A DNA stretch of 64,000 bases. Source: Planctomycetaceae bacterium. Lineage in GTDB: Bacteria > Planctomycetota > Planctomycetia > Planctomycetales > Planctomycetaceae. Shown here piece by piece: positions 45,539-55,062 of the stretch. A model generated the notes under the pieces. That model worked only from the letters and a program-made list of their open reading frames with translations, was not told the origin of the DNA and did no database searches. The number at the start of each line of letters is the position of its first letter. Positions within the stretch are counted from its first letter, which is position 1. The translations under genes were made by a program, and so were the position numbers. The stretch lies in contig JAWKTY010000017.1 in the NCBI GenBank assembly GCA_041398865.1, positions 71,499 to 135,498 on the forward strand, written 5' to 3'.

Positions 45539-45756
45539 CGATTCTGATTCTGCCTGAATGAGGAAAACGGACGTCCGGAAGTGCTTGAGTGTACCAGTCG
45601 CGACACGACGATTCCACAATCAGCAGCCTGGAGAACATGGCTGGCCAATTTGTTGTTTTATTAAACCGTAGGGTGTGACAAGCGGCTTTCAGGCCGCGCT
45701 GGCTCACCTTCCAGACTGGCCAGTCTCCCAGGTTCGAGTCAGGCACACCTGCGATC

Positions 45757-45897
45757 CAGGCCCGAAGGGCCGAGACAGCCTCTGCCGGTGGCGTTAGCCA
45801 CCGGAGAAAGCACCCGCCCTTCAGGCCTCACCGCCCTGATTTCATCTCTCCGGGGCCTGACGACCCCGGCAGAGGTTATGCCGGACCTTCGGCCCTG
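45757..45897. repeat. ~140-bp nested palindromic intergenic element
   Basis: Arms GGCCCGAAGGGCCG..ACAGCCTCTGCCGG and CCGGCAGAGGTTATGCCGGACCTTCGGCCC are imperfect inverted copies; internal hairpins CCGGTGGC-gtta-GCCACCGG and CCGGGG..CCCCGG. Confidence 0.75.
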
Positions 45898-46274
45898 AGC
45901 ACATATGCACAAGTGCTGTCCTCAACCAATGCTGTCTTCAACCCAATTGCGTGTGTGACACGGGAAAGTCAGATTCTGCAGCGATTCAGCCGTCATGGAT
46001 TCAGACGCAACGCCATCAGCTGTTTGAAACCTCCCGTGGCTGACCACGAAAGGACTCCGGACTCGTGACCCCTTCCACGACGGAACGGTACGAACCAACG
46101 GACCATTCCTGTAAAAGCAAACGCCCCTCGACCTGGCAGCCTGCATGTCGTCGCATGTCGCGGTGACTCGATGTACACTCCGGACTCTGACGGCCGTTGA
46201 TGGTGGGGCCTGTCCAGAGCCGGCGGCTGACGCGTGCTGAACGATGCTCCGGTTTGAACTGTTTGGAAAGCGGA

Positions 46275-47444
46275 ATGATGTTGACGGAAGACGGCTGCCG
46301 ACAGCGGCGAACAAATTTCTGGCGATGCGTGCCGGAGAACATTGACTGGGTGTTGATCGCGGATGCTCGGCACGTTCAATACTTCTGTGGTTTCCGAATA
46401 CACCCGCTGAGCTTTTCAGCCGATCAGCGCGCACTGCTGCTGCTGAAACGCGATGGCCGGGCCACGCTGATCTGCGACAACTTTGTCCGCCGCACGGCCA
46501 GCTGTCCGTTCTACGTCGACGAGGAAGTGACTGTCTCCTGGTACACTCATCGGAAATCCGTCATCAATCGCGATGACGCGCTGCACCAGGCTCTACAGGA
46601 CTGTCGCAGCCAGTGGTCCACTTCCCTTGGCGCGATTGAACCGGAAGCCGTTCCCGAAGTGATCGCGGCAGCCGTTTCCGAATATTCCGACTGGCAGTTT
46701 CAGCATGCCATCACAGGCAAACCCACAACTGCAGGTCACATCATTCGGGAACTGCGACGACAGAAGCTTCCGGATGAAGTCGAACTGCTGAAAGCATGCA
46801 TGGCGGCCGGTGAAGCCGGACATGCGGCCGCGTTCGATGCGGTGCGATCCGGTGCCACAGAACTCGACGTGTATCTGGCCATTCAGCAGGCCGCCATTCG
46901 TCAGGCGGGTCAGGCCTGTGTGGTCTACGGCGACTTTCGAGCCAACAGTGCCGCTCAACCGAAGGCCGGAGGACTTCCGACGTGCCATTCGCTGCAGCAT
47001 GGCGAACTTTTTATCGCGGATTTCAGCGTCATTCTTCACGGATACCGCAGCGACTTCACAAACACGATTGCTGTCGGAACTCCGTCTGATGCTCAGGTTG
47101 CTATGTTTGAAGCGTGCCGGGATGCTCTGCTGGCTGCAGAAGCAGAACTGAAGGCCGGTCAGTCAGCTCGCCGGATCTATGAAGCCGCGTCGACGGTGTT
47201 TACAGATCGAAATTATCCGCCGCTGTCCCACCACTGCGGACATGGCCTGGGAATGGAACATCCCGAACCGCCGATCCTGGTTCCGGAAAGTACGGACACT
47301 CTGCTGGTCGGCGATGTCGTGACCATCGAACCTGGTCTGTACGTCGAAGGGACCGGCGGAATGCGATTCGAACATAACTACCTGGTCACGAACACCGGCT
47401 GCGAACGGCTCAGCAACCACCGGATCGCCCTGATTGCTGACTGA
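46275..47444 (+). CDS. M24 family metallopeptidase (Xaa-Pro aminopeptidase-like)
   Basis: LRRQKLPDEVELLK, GYRSDFTNT, HHCGHGLGMEHPEPP, VVTIEPGLY, GGMRFEHNYLVT. Confidence 0.92.
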   Translation: MMLTEDGCRQRRTNFWRCVPENIDWVLIADARHVQYFCGFRIHPLSFSADQRALLLLKRDGRATLICDNFVRRTASCPFYVDEEVTVSWYTHRKSVINRDDALHQALQDCRSQWSTSLGAIEPEAVPEVIAAAVSEYSDWQFQHAITGKPTTAGHIIRELRRQKLPDEVELLKACMAAGEAGHAAAFDAVRSGATELDVYLAIQQAAIRQAGQACVVYGDFRANSAAQPKAGGLPTCHSLQHGELFIADFSVILHGYRSDFTNTIAVGTPSDAQVAMFEACRDALLAAEAELKAGQSARRIYEAASTVFTDRNYPPLSHHCGHGLGMEHPEPPILVPESTDTLLVGDVVTIEPGLYVEGTGGMRFEHNYLVTNTGCERLSNHRIALIAD

Positions 47445-47604
47445 TGTTCGGAATTGCTAATCGGCGGCTGATGGGGAAAACTCCGGCCGGGGTTGCGCGA
47501 CGATCCTCATCGTCGTTACAGAAATCATGAAGCGCAGAACCCGAACGACCGATACTACCGTTGTTGAGGGAGGGCTGGTGCGCAGATTGATTTGATGTTG
47601 CGCG

Positions 47605-48771
47605 GTGTTGAGTGTTCAACCCGGTCCTGTCGCACTTCCGGGATTGGGGGCAATCTTGAAACTCAATTTTCGACACTTTCTGGCAGCCTGTGTACTGGCA
47701 GGCACCTGGGGGCAGGCTGCCGAACCCGGTTCCACACAATCCGACTTCGGGCCGCTGACGATTGTTCCCACCGACGTGCAGTATCTGCCTCTTGAGCTGG
47801 ACGTCGCTCAGGCACCGGCGGTCGTTCCGCTCACCGATTCGCTTCGTCGTCCAACGATTCAGCAACTTCAGTACGAAGGCGAGTCTCTGACATCGGGAAC
47901 TCAGCAGGTTCAGTACACCCCGGCCACTGAATTTGTCTCGTCTGCCCCGACGTACTGCCCTCCCGCTTACTGCGGCGAAGGCTGTGTCTCCGGTTGCACT
48001 GAGGGCTGCTGCCAACAGAAATGCGGTTCGTGTGAGTCGGCACCACGGTTGTTTGGTTCTGTCGAAGTTCCGTTCCTGCAGCCGCGAATCAGCGGAGCCT
48101 TTCCGGTCTTCAATGTGTCGCCGGCAGCAGATCGTCTGATTGAACCTGACCACACGCCGTCGCTTCGTTTTCAGGCGGAATTCCGTCCCGAACCGACACT
48201 GGGCATTCGCGGGCGATACTTCACGTTCGACAGTAATTCCCCCTTCGGAAATCCGTTCCAGCCCGCTGAGTTCGGGATTCGTCTGGACGTCGCTGACCTG
48301 GAATTTGTCATCCACAAGGCATCCTGCCGCTGGAATTTCGATCTTTCCGGGGGGGTGCAGTACAGTCGGCTCGAGTATTCCGCCACGGTGCCCACGGCTG
48401 TCGGAGTCGGATCCGTGCGATTCGAAGGCGTGGGACCGGTCTTTGCGGCGAATGCAGAACACAAACTGGGCAGCACCAGCCTGGCAGTGTTCGGCGGTGT
48501 GCGAGCCTCGTACCTGATGGGAGAAACTCGAAACGCCGCGCTGCTGGTGAATGTTCCGCGATCAACCATTCACGACGAAATGATGCAGGTCTATCAGAAC
48601 CAGCTGGGAGTGGTCTGGAGACCGCAGTTCTTTGATCAAATCGGCATTGCTGTCAAAGCAGGCTGGGAAACTCAGTTCTGGCTGAACGACACCTTCGCCG
48701 ACGACAGTTATGGCATCGGTTCGAATCTCAGTCTGACAGGTCCGATGGTTTCGGCAGAAATCACCTTCTGA
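47605..48771 (+). CDS. Outer-membrane beta-barrel protein (planctomycete BBP7/Lpg1974-like); start possibly 47656
   Basis: Signal peptide, P/Q-rich and Cys-rich N-terminal linker, alternating amphipathic strands, C-terminal beta-signal VSAEITF. Confidence 0.7.
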   Translation: MLSVQPGPVALPGLGAILKLNFRHFLAACVLAGTWGQAAEPGSTQSDFGPLTIVPTDVQYLPLELDVAQAPAVVPLTDSLRRPTIQQLQYEGESLTSGTQQVQYTPATEFVSSAPTYCPPAYCGEGCVSGCTEGCCQQKCGSCESAPRLFGSVEVPFLQPRISGAFPVFNVSPAADRLIEPDHTPSLRFQAEFRPEPTLGIRGRYFTFDSNSPFGNPFQPAEFGIRLDVADLEFVIHKASCRWNFDLSGGVQYSRLEYSATVPTAVGVGSVRFEGVGPVFAANAEHKLGSTSLAVFGGVRASYLMGETRNAALLVNVPRSTIHDEMMQVYQNQLGVVWRPQFFDQIGIAVKAGWETQFWLNDTFADDSYGIGSNLSLTGPMVSAEITF

Positions 48772-48785
48772 GAAAGGGCTTTGCG

Positions 48786-49692
48786 ATGATCAAGCCCTAT
48801 CAGCATGCGGACTACATCGAATTGTCTGTTCATTTTCGGTGTAATCTGAAGTGTCAGCACTGCATGATTCTGGACAGCATGCACTGGCTGAAACCCGCAG
48901 ATGATGCGGAATTCGAAGCTCTGCTGGAAGAACAGCGTCGCGAACAAAAATGGAAGGGCCTGATTCTGACCGGCGCCGAAGTGACGCTTCGGAAGGATCT
49001 GCCCGACCTTGCTGTGCGAGCTCGTTCGGCTGGCTTTGAACGAGTCGGATTCAGAGCCACGCGATGCGACTGGCCGACCCCGCCTACTGCGAGAATCTGG
49101 TCGCCGCCGGCATTGATGAATACTTCATCAGTGTCACCGCCGCCGACGCTGAGACTCACGACAGGATCACCGAGGTCCCGGGATCGTTTGAGAAAACCAC
49201 ACGAGCCCTGCGCAATCTCGACCAGATTCCGGGAGTTCGGCTGATGACGAATACGGTGGTGACTCGGTTGAGTTACCGGACGGTGCCGGAGGTGATTGAC
49301 CTGTTCAGCGATCTGAAGCAGCTGATTCAGATGGACTTCTGGGGCTACTGGCCCATGGAAGAAGATGGCAATCCGGAACTGCTGGTGTCGCATCTCGAAG
49401 TGCGGCCATACCTGAAAGAACTCATCCGACGAGCTCGGCGGCTGATCGGTATATCGAAATCAAAAACTTTCCGGCCTGCCTGCTGGGCGAGGACGCTCGG
49501 GTTGTGATCAATGACCAGCCCGAACTTCGAACAGATCCCAGGTTCTGGACGGAATTCAATCGCAACGGATTTCATCAGTGTGCGTATCGCGACGTGTGCG
49601 GTTCGAATCAGTGCCTGGGACTGAATCGAGCCTATGTGAATCGTTACGGCTGGCTGGAAGACGTGCTGTCACCCATGCCACGAGCCGCGTGA
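48786..49692 (+). CDS. Radical SAM protein (two frameshifts, ~49050 and ~49440), ~302 aa when repaired
   Basis: HFRCNLKCQHCM (CxxxCxxC), LTGAEVTL, ETHDRITEVPGSFEKT, NFPAC and C-terminal QCAYRDVCGSNQCLG across three frames. Confidence 0.88.
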
Positions 49693-49745
49693 CCCCCAAA
49701 CCGACGGTGTCGCGATGAATCCGGGTGGTGAGAAATTGCAATCCG

Positions 49746-49799
49746 GAAGGTCGGGCTCCCGACAATTCGATCGAGGTGTCAGGCGGGAGCCTGACCTAC
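49746..49799. repeat. REPIN-like element upstream of the first halogenase
   Basis: GTCAGGCGGGAGCCTGAC-CTAC (reverse complement GTAG-GTCAGGCTCCCGCCTGAC) with a degenerate left partner and 14-nt spacer. Confidence 0.8.
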
Positions 49800-49817
49800 A
49801 GGTTGGATTGAGTAAAC

Positions 49818-52775
49818 ATGGACCGAGTCTCAGACAACCGAATTCAGGCGAACTCAGCCAAGCATTCTCTGATTGTGGTCGGAGGTGGCACGGCAGGGTG
49901 GATGACGGCTGCGCTGCTGAGTCTGAATCTGCGGCCGAAAGAGTGCAGTATCACGGTGGTGGCTGAAGACGATTCCGGCATCGGTGTGGGGGAAGCCACG
50001 ATTCCGCCGATTCTGAGACTGCTGAGGCATCTGCGGGCAGACGAGGCCGAGTTCATGCAGGCGTGCGACGCCACATGGAAACTGGGCATTCAGTTTTCCG
50101 ACTGGAAGACCATCGGCCATGACTACTGGCACCCCTTCGGAATATGCGGAGCTCGCATCGACGGTCGTGACCTGTTTCCCTACTGGCTGATGGAAAAGGA
50201 ACGGCCTTATCAGTCGTATTCGCTGCAGTGCGCCGCTGCCGTCGCCGGGAAGAGTCCTCACGCCCGGAATACTCGATCGCCCATTGCCGCTTCCGGAAGC
50301 TACGCCTTTCACCTGAACGCTCGAAAACTCTCCGCGTGGCTGCAGCAGCAGGCGACGGCTCGTGATGTTCAGCACGTTCGCGGACAGGTTGTTTCTGCAG
50401 AACGCAGTCAGACGGGCGATCTTACAACCGTCACGCTGAACAACGGCCAGGCACTGTCCGCGGACTTCTTTGTGGACTGTTCAGGTTTCGAATCCGTTTT
50501 GATGCGAAGCACGATGCAGGATCCTTGGATCGATGCCGGTGGCCACCTGCTGTGTGATCGGGCAGTCGCCGTCCGAACGCCGGGAACGCCGCTGATTCCT
50601 GCACACACCCGGTCGCTGGCGCTGACGGCCGGATGGAGCTGGGAGATTCCGCTGTTCAGTCAGCGCGGACTGGGCTACGTCTACAGCAGCCGTTTTGTGT
50701 CCGACGATGATGCATGGCGGCAGCTCATGCGAGCTCATCGGCTGAACGAAGACGGCGTGTGGGCTCCGCAGTTTCTGAAGATGGCCGTCGGTCGCCAGAC
50801 GAGCTTCTGGAAGCAGAATGTTCTGGCCGTCGGTCTGGCAGCCGGGTTTGTCGAACCGCTGGAATCCACCGGCCTGCATCTGGCTCAGGTCGGCATCGAA
50901 CGTTTTCTGGACCTGTTTGCCATCAGCGGCGACATGTCCTCGGTTCGCGACCTTTACAACCAGGAAATGACAGCTCTGTTCGACGACGTGCTGGACTTCA
51001 TTCAGCTGCATTACTTTCTCAGTCAGCGTGAGGATGCCTTCTGGAAGGCCGCACGAGACCTGCCACTTCGTCCGGCTCTGCAGCATCGTCTGCAGCTGTT
51101 TGATGATTCGGGTACTCTGGATGCGCGCCCGCCGGAAAGCTTCCCGGAGAGCAGTTACTACGCGGTGCTTGCCGGTCATCAGCGGATGCCGAAACGTCCT
51201 CCGGCGCTGGCCCTGGCTGTGGATCGGGAACGCCTGACAGTGGTAATGCAGGCCATTCAGGATCAGAATCGATCCGCTCTGCGAGGCCTGCCGCTGCATG
51301 AGGAAATGCTGAGACACGTTCACGGTTCTTCCCTGGCGCGACTTCCTGAAATGTCGGCAGCCAACTCAAAACTCAGCCGTATCGCGATGGTCTGCCTGAC
51401 TCCGGCCGTCGACAGTCACGAACATGACGGAGCCGATCTTCCGTCATACGGAATCCATCGCGTCCTGGCGGCAGTTGTTGCTCATCCGGACCTGTCCGAC
51501 GTTGAGATTCAGCTGTTTGACCTTGAAGTCGCCGATGTGAACGGCTACGTCGATGACCTGCTGGCCTTCGATCCGCAGATCATCGGGTTCTCGCTGTTTG
51601 TCTGGTCGATGGATTGCCTGATTCAGGTGGCCAGGACAATCAAACAGAAGCGGCCGAACTGTGTGATTGTTTTTGGAGGCCCGTCTGCCCGACCTCAGCT
51701 GCTGGACCTGCCACACTATCGCCAGGCCATCGATTACGTCGACGCCGTCGTGACTCGGGAAGGCGAAGAAACCTTCTGCGACATTGCTCTGGCGGTTCGC
51801 AATCGGCGAAGCACCGTCAGTATGTTTGACACTCTGAAGCATGTGTCCGGACTGGACCTGCCTACGCTGCTCGGCTGGCAGAATACCGGCTTTCGAACTC
51901 CACCGGAGAACCTGGATTCGATTGTCTCGCCCTACCAGATGGGCCTGATGAATTACCAGAGCGTCGGCTATCTGGAATCATTTCGCGGCTGTCCGATGTC
52001 CTGTGCCTTCTGCGAATGGGGAGCGAAGGACATCTCGAAGGGCTGCTTTTCGGAAGACTATCTGACTCGTGAACTGGAAGCTCTGCAGGCCAACGGCTGC
52101 CCTGCAGTGTTCAACGTCGACGCCGGACTGAATCTGAATGCCGCCGCCTTTCGCAATCTGGCCAATGCGGAAAAGAAGGTCCGATTTCTGAAGGACATTC
52201 AGCTGTGGTGCGAAATCTATCCGTCAAAGATTCGAGATGAACACATCGAATTTCTTTCGGAATGCGGACCGTCGTATCTGGGCGTCGGGCTGCAGTCATT
52301 CAATCCGGATGTGCTGAAACGCCTGCAGCGACCCTATGGTCGCGAGAACTTTGGTCCGGCCATTGAACGGCTGTCGTCGGTCGCAGCCAACATTGACGTA
52401 CAGATCATTTACGGCCTGCCAACGGATACCTGGGACGGCTTTATCGAAACGCTCAGCTATGCCCTGACGCTGCCGGTGACCGTTCGTATCTACCATTGTC
52501 TTGTGCTGCCGGACGCGCTGATGACTCGCGGGCTGCCGGAATGGGAAATGAAGTACGAACCGTACACGCTGTCGATGCAGTCGTGCGTCGGCTGGTCAGA
52601 ACAGGACCTGCTGGATATGCGAGCCATGCTGACTCGCGAGGCTCTGGCCTGCGGCGGGACGGCCGGTGACTTCTGGTGGTCGTTTCCACCACCGTCGCAG
52701 CGGACCACCATTCCGAATGTGTCTCAGCGTCACTTTGTTCCGGCGGCTGCTTCCGGAGTTCGAAAAAGTGCCTGA
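49818..52775 (+). CDS. Flavin-dependent (tryptophan halogenase family) halogenase in frame with a B12-binding radical SAM domain
   Basis: aa 1-511: GGGTAGW, GVGEAT, DATWKLGIQF, GWSWEIP, FVEPLESTG. aa 512-985: FSLFVWS, FGGPSA, REGEE, RGCPMSCAFCEW, GLQSF. Confidence 0.88.
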   Translation: MDRVSDNRIQANSAKHSLIVVGGGTAGWMTAALLSLNLRPKECSITVVAEDDSGIGVGEATIPPILRLLRHLRADEAEFMQACDATWKLGIQFSDWKTIGHDYWHPFGICGARIDGRDLFPYWLMEKERPYQSYSLQCAAAVAGKSPHARNTRSPIAASGSYAFHLNARKLSAWLQQQATARDVQHVRGQVVSAERSQTGDLTTVTLNNGQALSADFFVDCSGFESVLMRSTMQDPWIDAGGHLLCDRAVAVRTPGTPLIPAHTRSLALTAGWSWEIPLFSQRGLGYVYSSRFVSDDDAWRQLMRAHRLNEDGVWAPQFLKMAVGRQTSFWKQNVLAVGLAAGFVEPLESTGLHLAQVGIERFLDLFAISGDMSSVRDLYNQEMTALFDDVLDFIQLHYFLSQREDAFWKAARDLPLRPALQHRLQLFDDSGTLDARPPESFPESSYYAVLAGHQRMPKRPPALALAVDRERLTVVMQAIQDQNRSALRGLPLHEEMLRHVHGSSLARLPEMSAANSKLSRIAMVCLTPAVDSHEHDGADLPSYGIHRVLAAVVAHPDLSDVEIQLFDLEVADVNGYVDDLLAFDPQIIGFSLFVWSMDCLIQVARTIKQKRPNCVIVFGGPSARPQLLDLPHYRQAIDYVDAVVTREGEETFCDIALAVRNRRSTVSMFDTLKHVSGLDLPTLLGWQNTGFRTPPENLDSIVSPYQMGLMNYQSVGYLESFRGCPMSCAFCEWGAKDISKGCFSEDYLTRELEALQANGCPAVFNVDAGLNLNAAAFRNLANAEKKVRFLKDIQLWCEIYPSKIRDEHIEFLSECGPSYLGVGLQSFNPDVLKRLQRPYGRENFGPAIERLSSVAANIDVQIIYGLPTDTWDGFIETLSYALTLPVTVRIYHCLVLPDALMTRGLPEWEMKYEPYTLSMQSCVGWSEQDLLDMRAMLTREALACGGTAGDFWWSFPPPSQRTTIPNVSQRHFVPAAASGVRKSA

Positions 52776-54189
52776 TGTCGTGCCGTCAGCATGTCATTCC
52801 ACCAAGCGGTCCGGTCGCCGGATCGTGCTGGTGGCCATGTATCCGGCTCGCAATCCGGCCATGCCGGAATTCATTTCCAATCACGGAATTCGCATGGTCG
52901 AAGCGACTCTGCGAGCGTCCAGCCTGCCGGGGCTGGAGGTGACCGTTTTCGATCTGCACGACGCTGTCGCGGACGACCTGCTGCAGGCCATCACCGACAT
53001 CGATCCGGACGTGGTCGCGTTTTCCGCGTATCTCTGGTCGTTCCCGCTGTTTGCTGATGTCGCCGTGCGCCTGTACCGTGATGATCCCCGGCGGGTTGTG
53101 CTGCTTGGCGGTCCTTCGGCTCATCCGGCCATGCTGGATCAGCTACCGTTTCACGATCTGCGATCCGCTTTCGACGCGCTGATTGTGGGAGAAGGCGAAC
53201 ACACAATTCTGGAACTGATCAGTCTCTCCGATCGCAGTGCCTCAGCGATCAGCAATGTGCGAGGCATCGCTCAATGGAATGGTCGAGCGTGGCATCAGAC
53301 CGCGAAACGGCCTCTGTCGGACCTGAACGAACTTCCGTCGCCCTATGAAATGGGATTGGTGCCGCCAGGCGGTTTGGGTGTGCTGCAGACCTATCGAGGC
53401 TGTCCGTATACGTGTTCCTTTTGTGAATGGGGAACCATGGAGTCGCCGAAACGGGTTCGATCGGCCGACAGTCTGGCTCGCGAATTTCACGAGATGGCCG
53501 ACATCGATGTTGATGGAGCTCTGCTGGTGGACGCCGGACTGAACCTGAATGCCCGGGCATTCGAACAACTGGCCCTGGCAGCCGAAACAACCGGCTTCTT
53601 CCGTCACCGACGCCTGATTTCCGAAGTGTACCCCGCGAAGATTCAGGAAACGCATCTGCGATTTCTGGAGGACGTCGGTGAACCACTGATCGGCATCGGG
53701 CTGCAGTCGTTCGACAACGACGTGCTGGCTCATGTCGAGCGTTCGTTCGAGGAAGACCGGTTCGTCGCCAATGTTCAGGACCTGACATCAGTGGCTCGCG
53801 TTGCGATTGAAATCATCATGGGGCTGCCTGGCGATTCGCCGGAGAAGTTCCGCGAGAACTATTATCGAGCTCGACAGTTCCCGTGTGCTTTGCGAGTCTA
53901 CCACTGCTGCGTGCTGCCATCCGCTCTGATGGTGCGGTCGCCACCGGAACACCAGCTGAACTACGACCCGGTGACGCTGAAGATTCGTTCGTGCATGGGC
54001 TGGACTCAGGACGACATTCACGACGCATGCGAATTTCTGAACGGCGAAACCCGAACTCAGGCCGGCCAGATCGGTGAATACTTCTGGGTCTTTTCGACGC
54101 CTCAAAACGCAGCCCGTTTTACGGAAGATCATTTCGCGATTCGAAGCGTCCGAGCACCGCTTTCTGCTGAGAGGGAAAGGATTCCGTAG
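52768..54189 (+). CDS. B12-binding domain radical SAM protein (class B methyltransferase-like)
   Basis: GTG start with GGAG upstream, overlapping the previous stop; FSAYLWS, LGGPSAHP, GEGE, RGCPYTCSFCEW, GLQSF. Confidence 0.9.
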   Translation: MPDVVPSACHSTKRSGRRIVLVAMYPARNPAMPEFISNHGIRMVEATLRASSLPGLEVTVFDLHDAVADDLLQAITDIDPDVVAFSAYLWSFPLFADVAVRLYRDDPRRVVLLGGPSAHPAMLDQLPFHDLRSAFDALIVGEGEHTILELISLSDRSASAISNVRGIAQWNGRAWHQTAKRPLSDLNELPSPYEMGLVPPGGLGVLQTYRGCPYTCSFCEWGTMESPKRVRSADSLAREFHEMADIDVDGALLVDAGLNLNARAFEQLALAAETTGFFRHRRLISEVYPAKIQETHLRFLEDVGEPLIGIGLQSFDNDVLAHVERSFEEDRFVANVQDLTSVARVAIEIIMGLPGDSPEKFRENYYRARQFPCALRVYHCCVLPSALMVRSPPEHQLNYDPVTLKIRSCMGWTQDDIHDACEFLNGETRTQAGQIGEYFWVFSTPQNAARFTEDHFAIRSVRAPLSAERERIP

Positions 54190-54191
54190 GC

Positions 54192-55058
54192 ATGACAGAG
54201 ACTCTTCAGCAATCGCCTGTCCGCCGGCAACTCGGAACTCCTCAGGCGTTTTTCCGCCATCTGGAACTTCACGCCGATCAGGCCGATCTGTGTTCGCATG
54301 TCATCAGTGAACTGCGATCCGGCAGCCTGACGGGAATTGTTGTGCGGGGAGTTTACGACGAAGGCTTCATGGCAGATGTCACACAGCGTCTGGAAGCTCA
54401 TGACCCGCCGTTTCTGAAAACCATGTTTCCGGAGAAGTTTCGGTCGTGGTTTTACGGCCGGAATCTAAATCTGATGGGCACCGATCCCGCCACGTATTTT
54501 CAGCAGGCAGCCGAATTTCAGCAGCACATGCAGCAGCTGTTTCCCGAGAAACGAGGGTTTCAGCAGACGGTGATGAAGCTGTTGTCGGAACTGGACGGCG
54601 GAAGACCCTATCGAGCGGCTCCGGGCCCCGATGTCGGTCAGAGTTACATGCCGACGACATTTCGGGGCCATGCGGAAGGCGGCTACATTCCGCCGCACTG
54701 CGACAATGAGCAGTCCGTTCGCCCGGCCTATGAACATCTGGCAACGATGGTCTCACCTCACATGTATTCGATGATTCTGATGATCGCGGCTGCCGACGCA
54801 GGAGGAGATCTGGAGGTCTTCGATTACCACATCGAACCGCAGGAAGCCGGAGAACGTACCGGAGCCATCGCCGGGAAAGTTGACCTGAATCAGCTGTCCT
54901 CCGTGCAGATTCGGCTGCAGCCCGGAGACATGGTGATCGTCGATTCCGGACGCTATCTGCATCAGGTAACTCCCGTGATCGGCCCGACGACGCGGTGGGT
55001 CGCCTGCAGCTTTATGGCTCATTCCCGGGAACGAAATGCCGTCTACTGCTGGGGATGA
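54192..55058 (+). CDS. 2OG-Fe(II) dependent oxygenase
   Basis: YIPPHCDN (HxD), GGDLEVF, PGDMVIV, YLHQVTPV (distal His), RWVACSF (2OG-binding Arg). Confidence 0.85.
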   Translation: MTETLQQSPVRRQLGTPQAFFRHLELHADQADLCSHVISELRSGSLTGIVVRGVYDEGFMADVTQRLEAHDPPFLKTMFPEKFRSWFYGRNLNLMGTDPATYFQQAAEFQQHMQQLFPEKRGFQQTVMKLLSELDGGRPYRAAPGPDVGQSYMPTTFRGHAEGGYIPPHCDNEQSVRPAYEHLATMVSPHMYSMILMIAAADAGGDLEVFDYHIEPQEAGERTGAIAGKVDLNQLSSVQIRLQPGDMVIVDSGRYLHQVTPVIGPTTRWVACSFMAHSRERNAVYCWG

Positions 55059-55062
55059 TGCC

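Noticed and set aside
47445-47655. RiPP precursor peptide upstream of the cluster
   Set aside because: Only a short ORF (MKRRTRTTDTTVVEGGLVRRLI) without a convincing RBS, leader or core features; no support for it being real.
11122-49692. Calling the frameshifted genes pseudogenes
   Set aside because: The breaks are almost all single-base losses, largely in homopolymers, with intact motifs on both sides, which fits sequencing error better than decay.
54192-55058. Non-heme iron halogenase
   Set aside because: The metal motif is HxD (HCD), not HxG/A.
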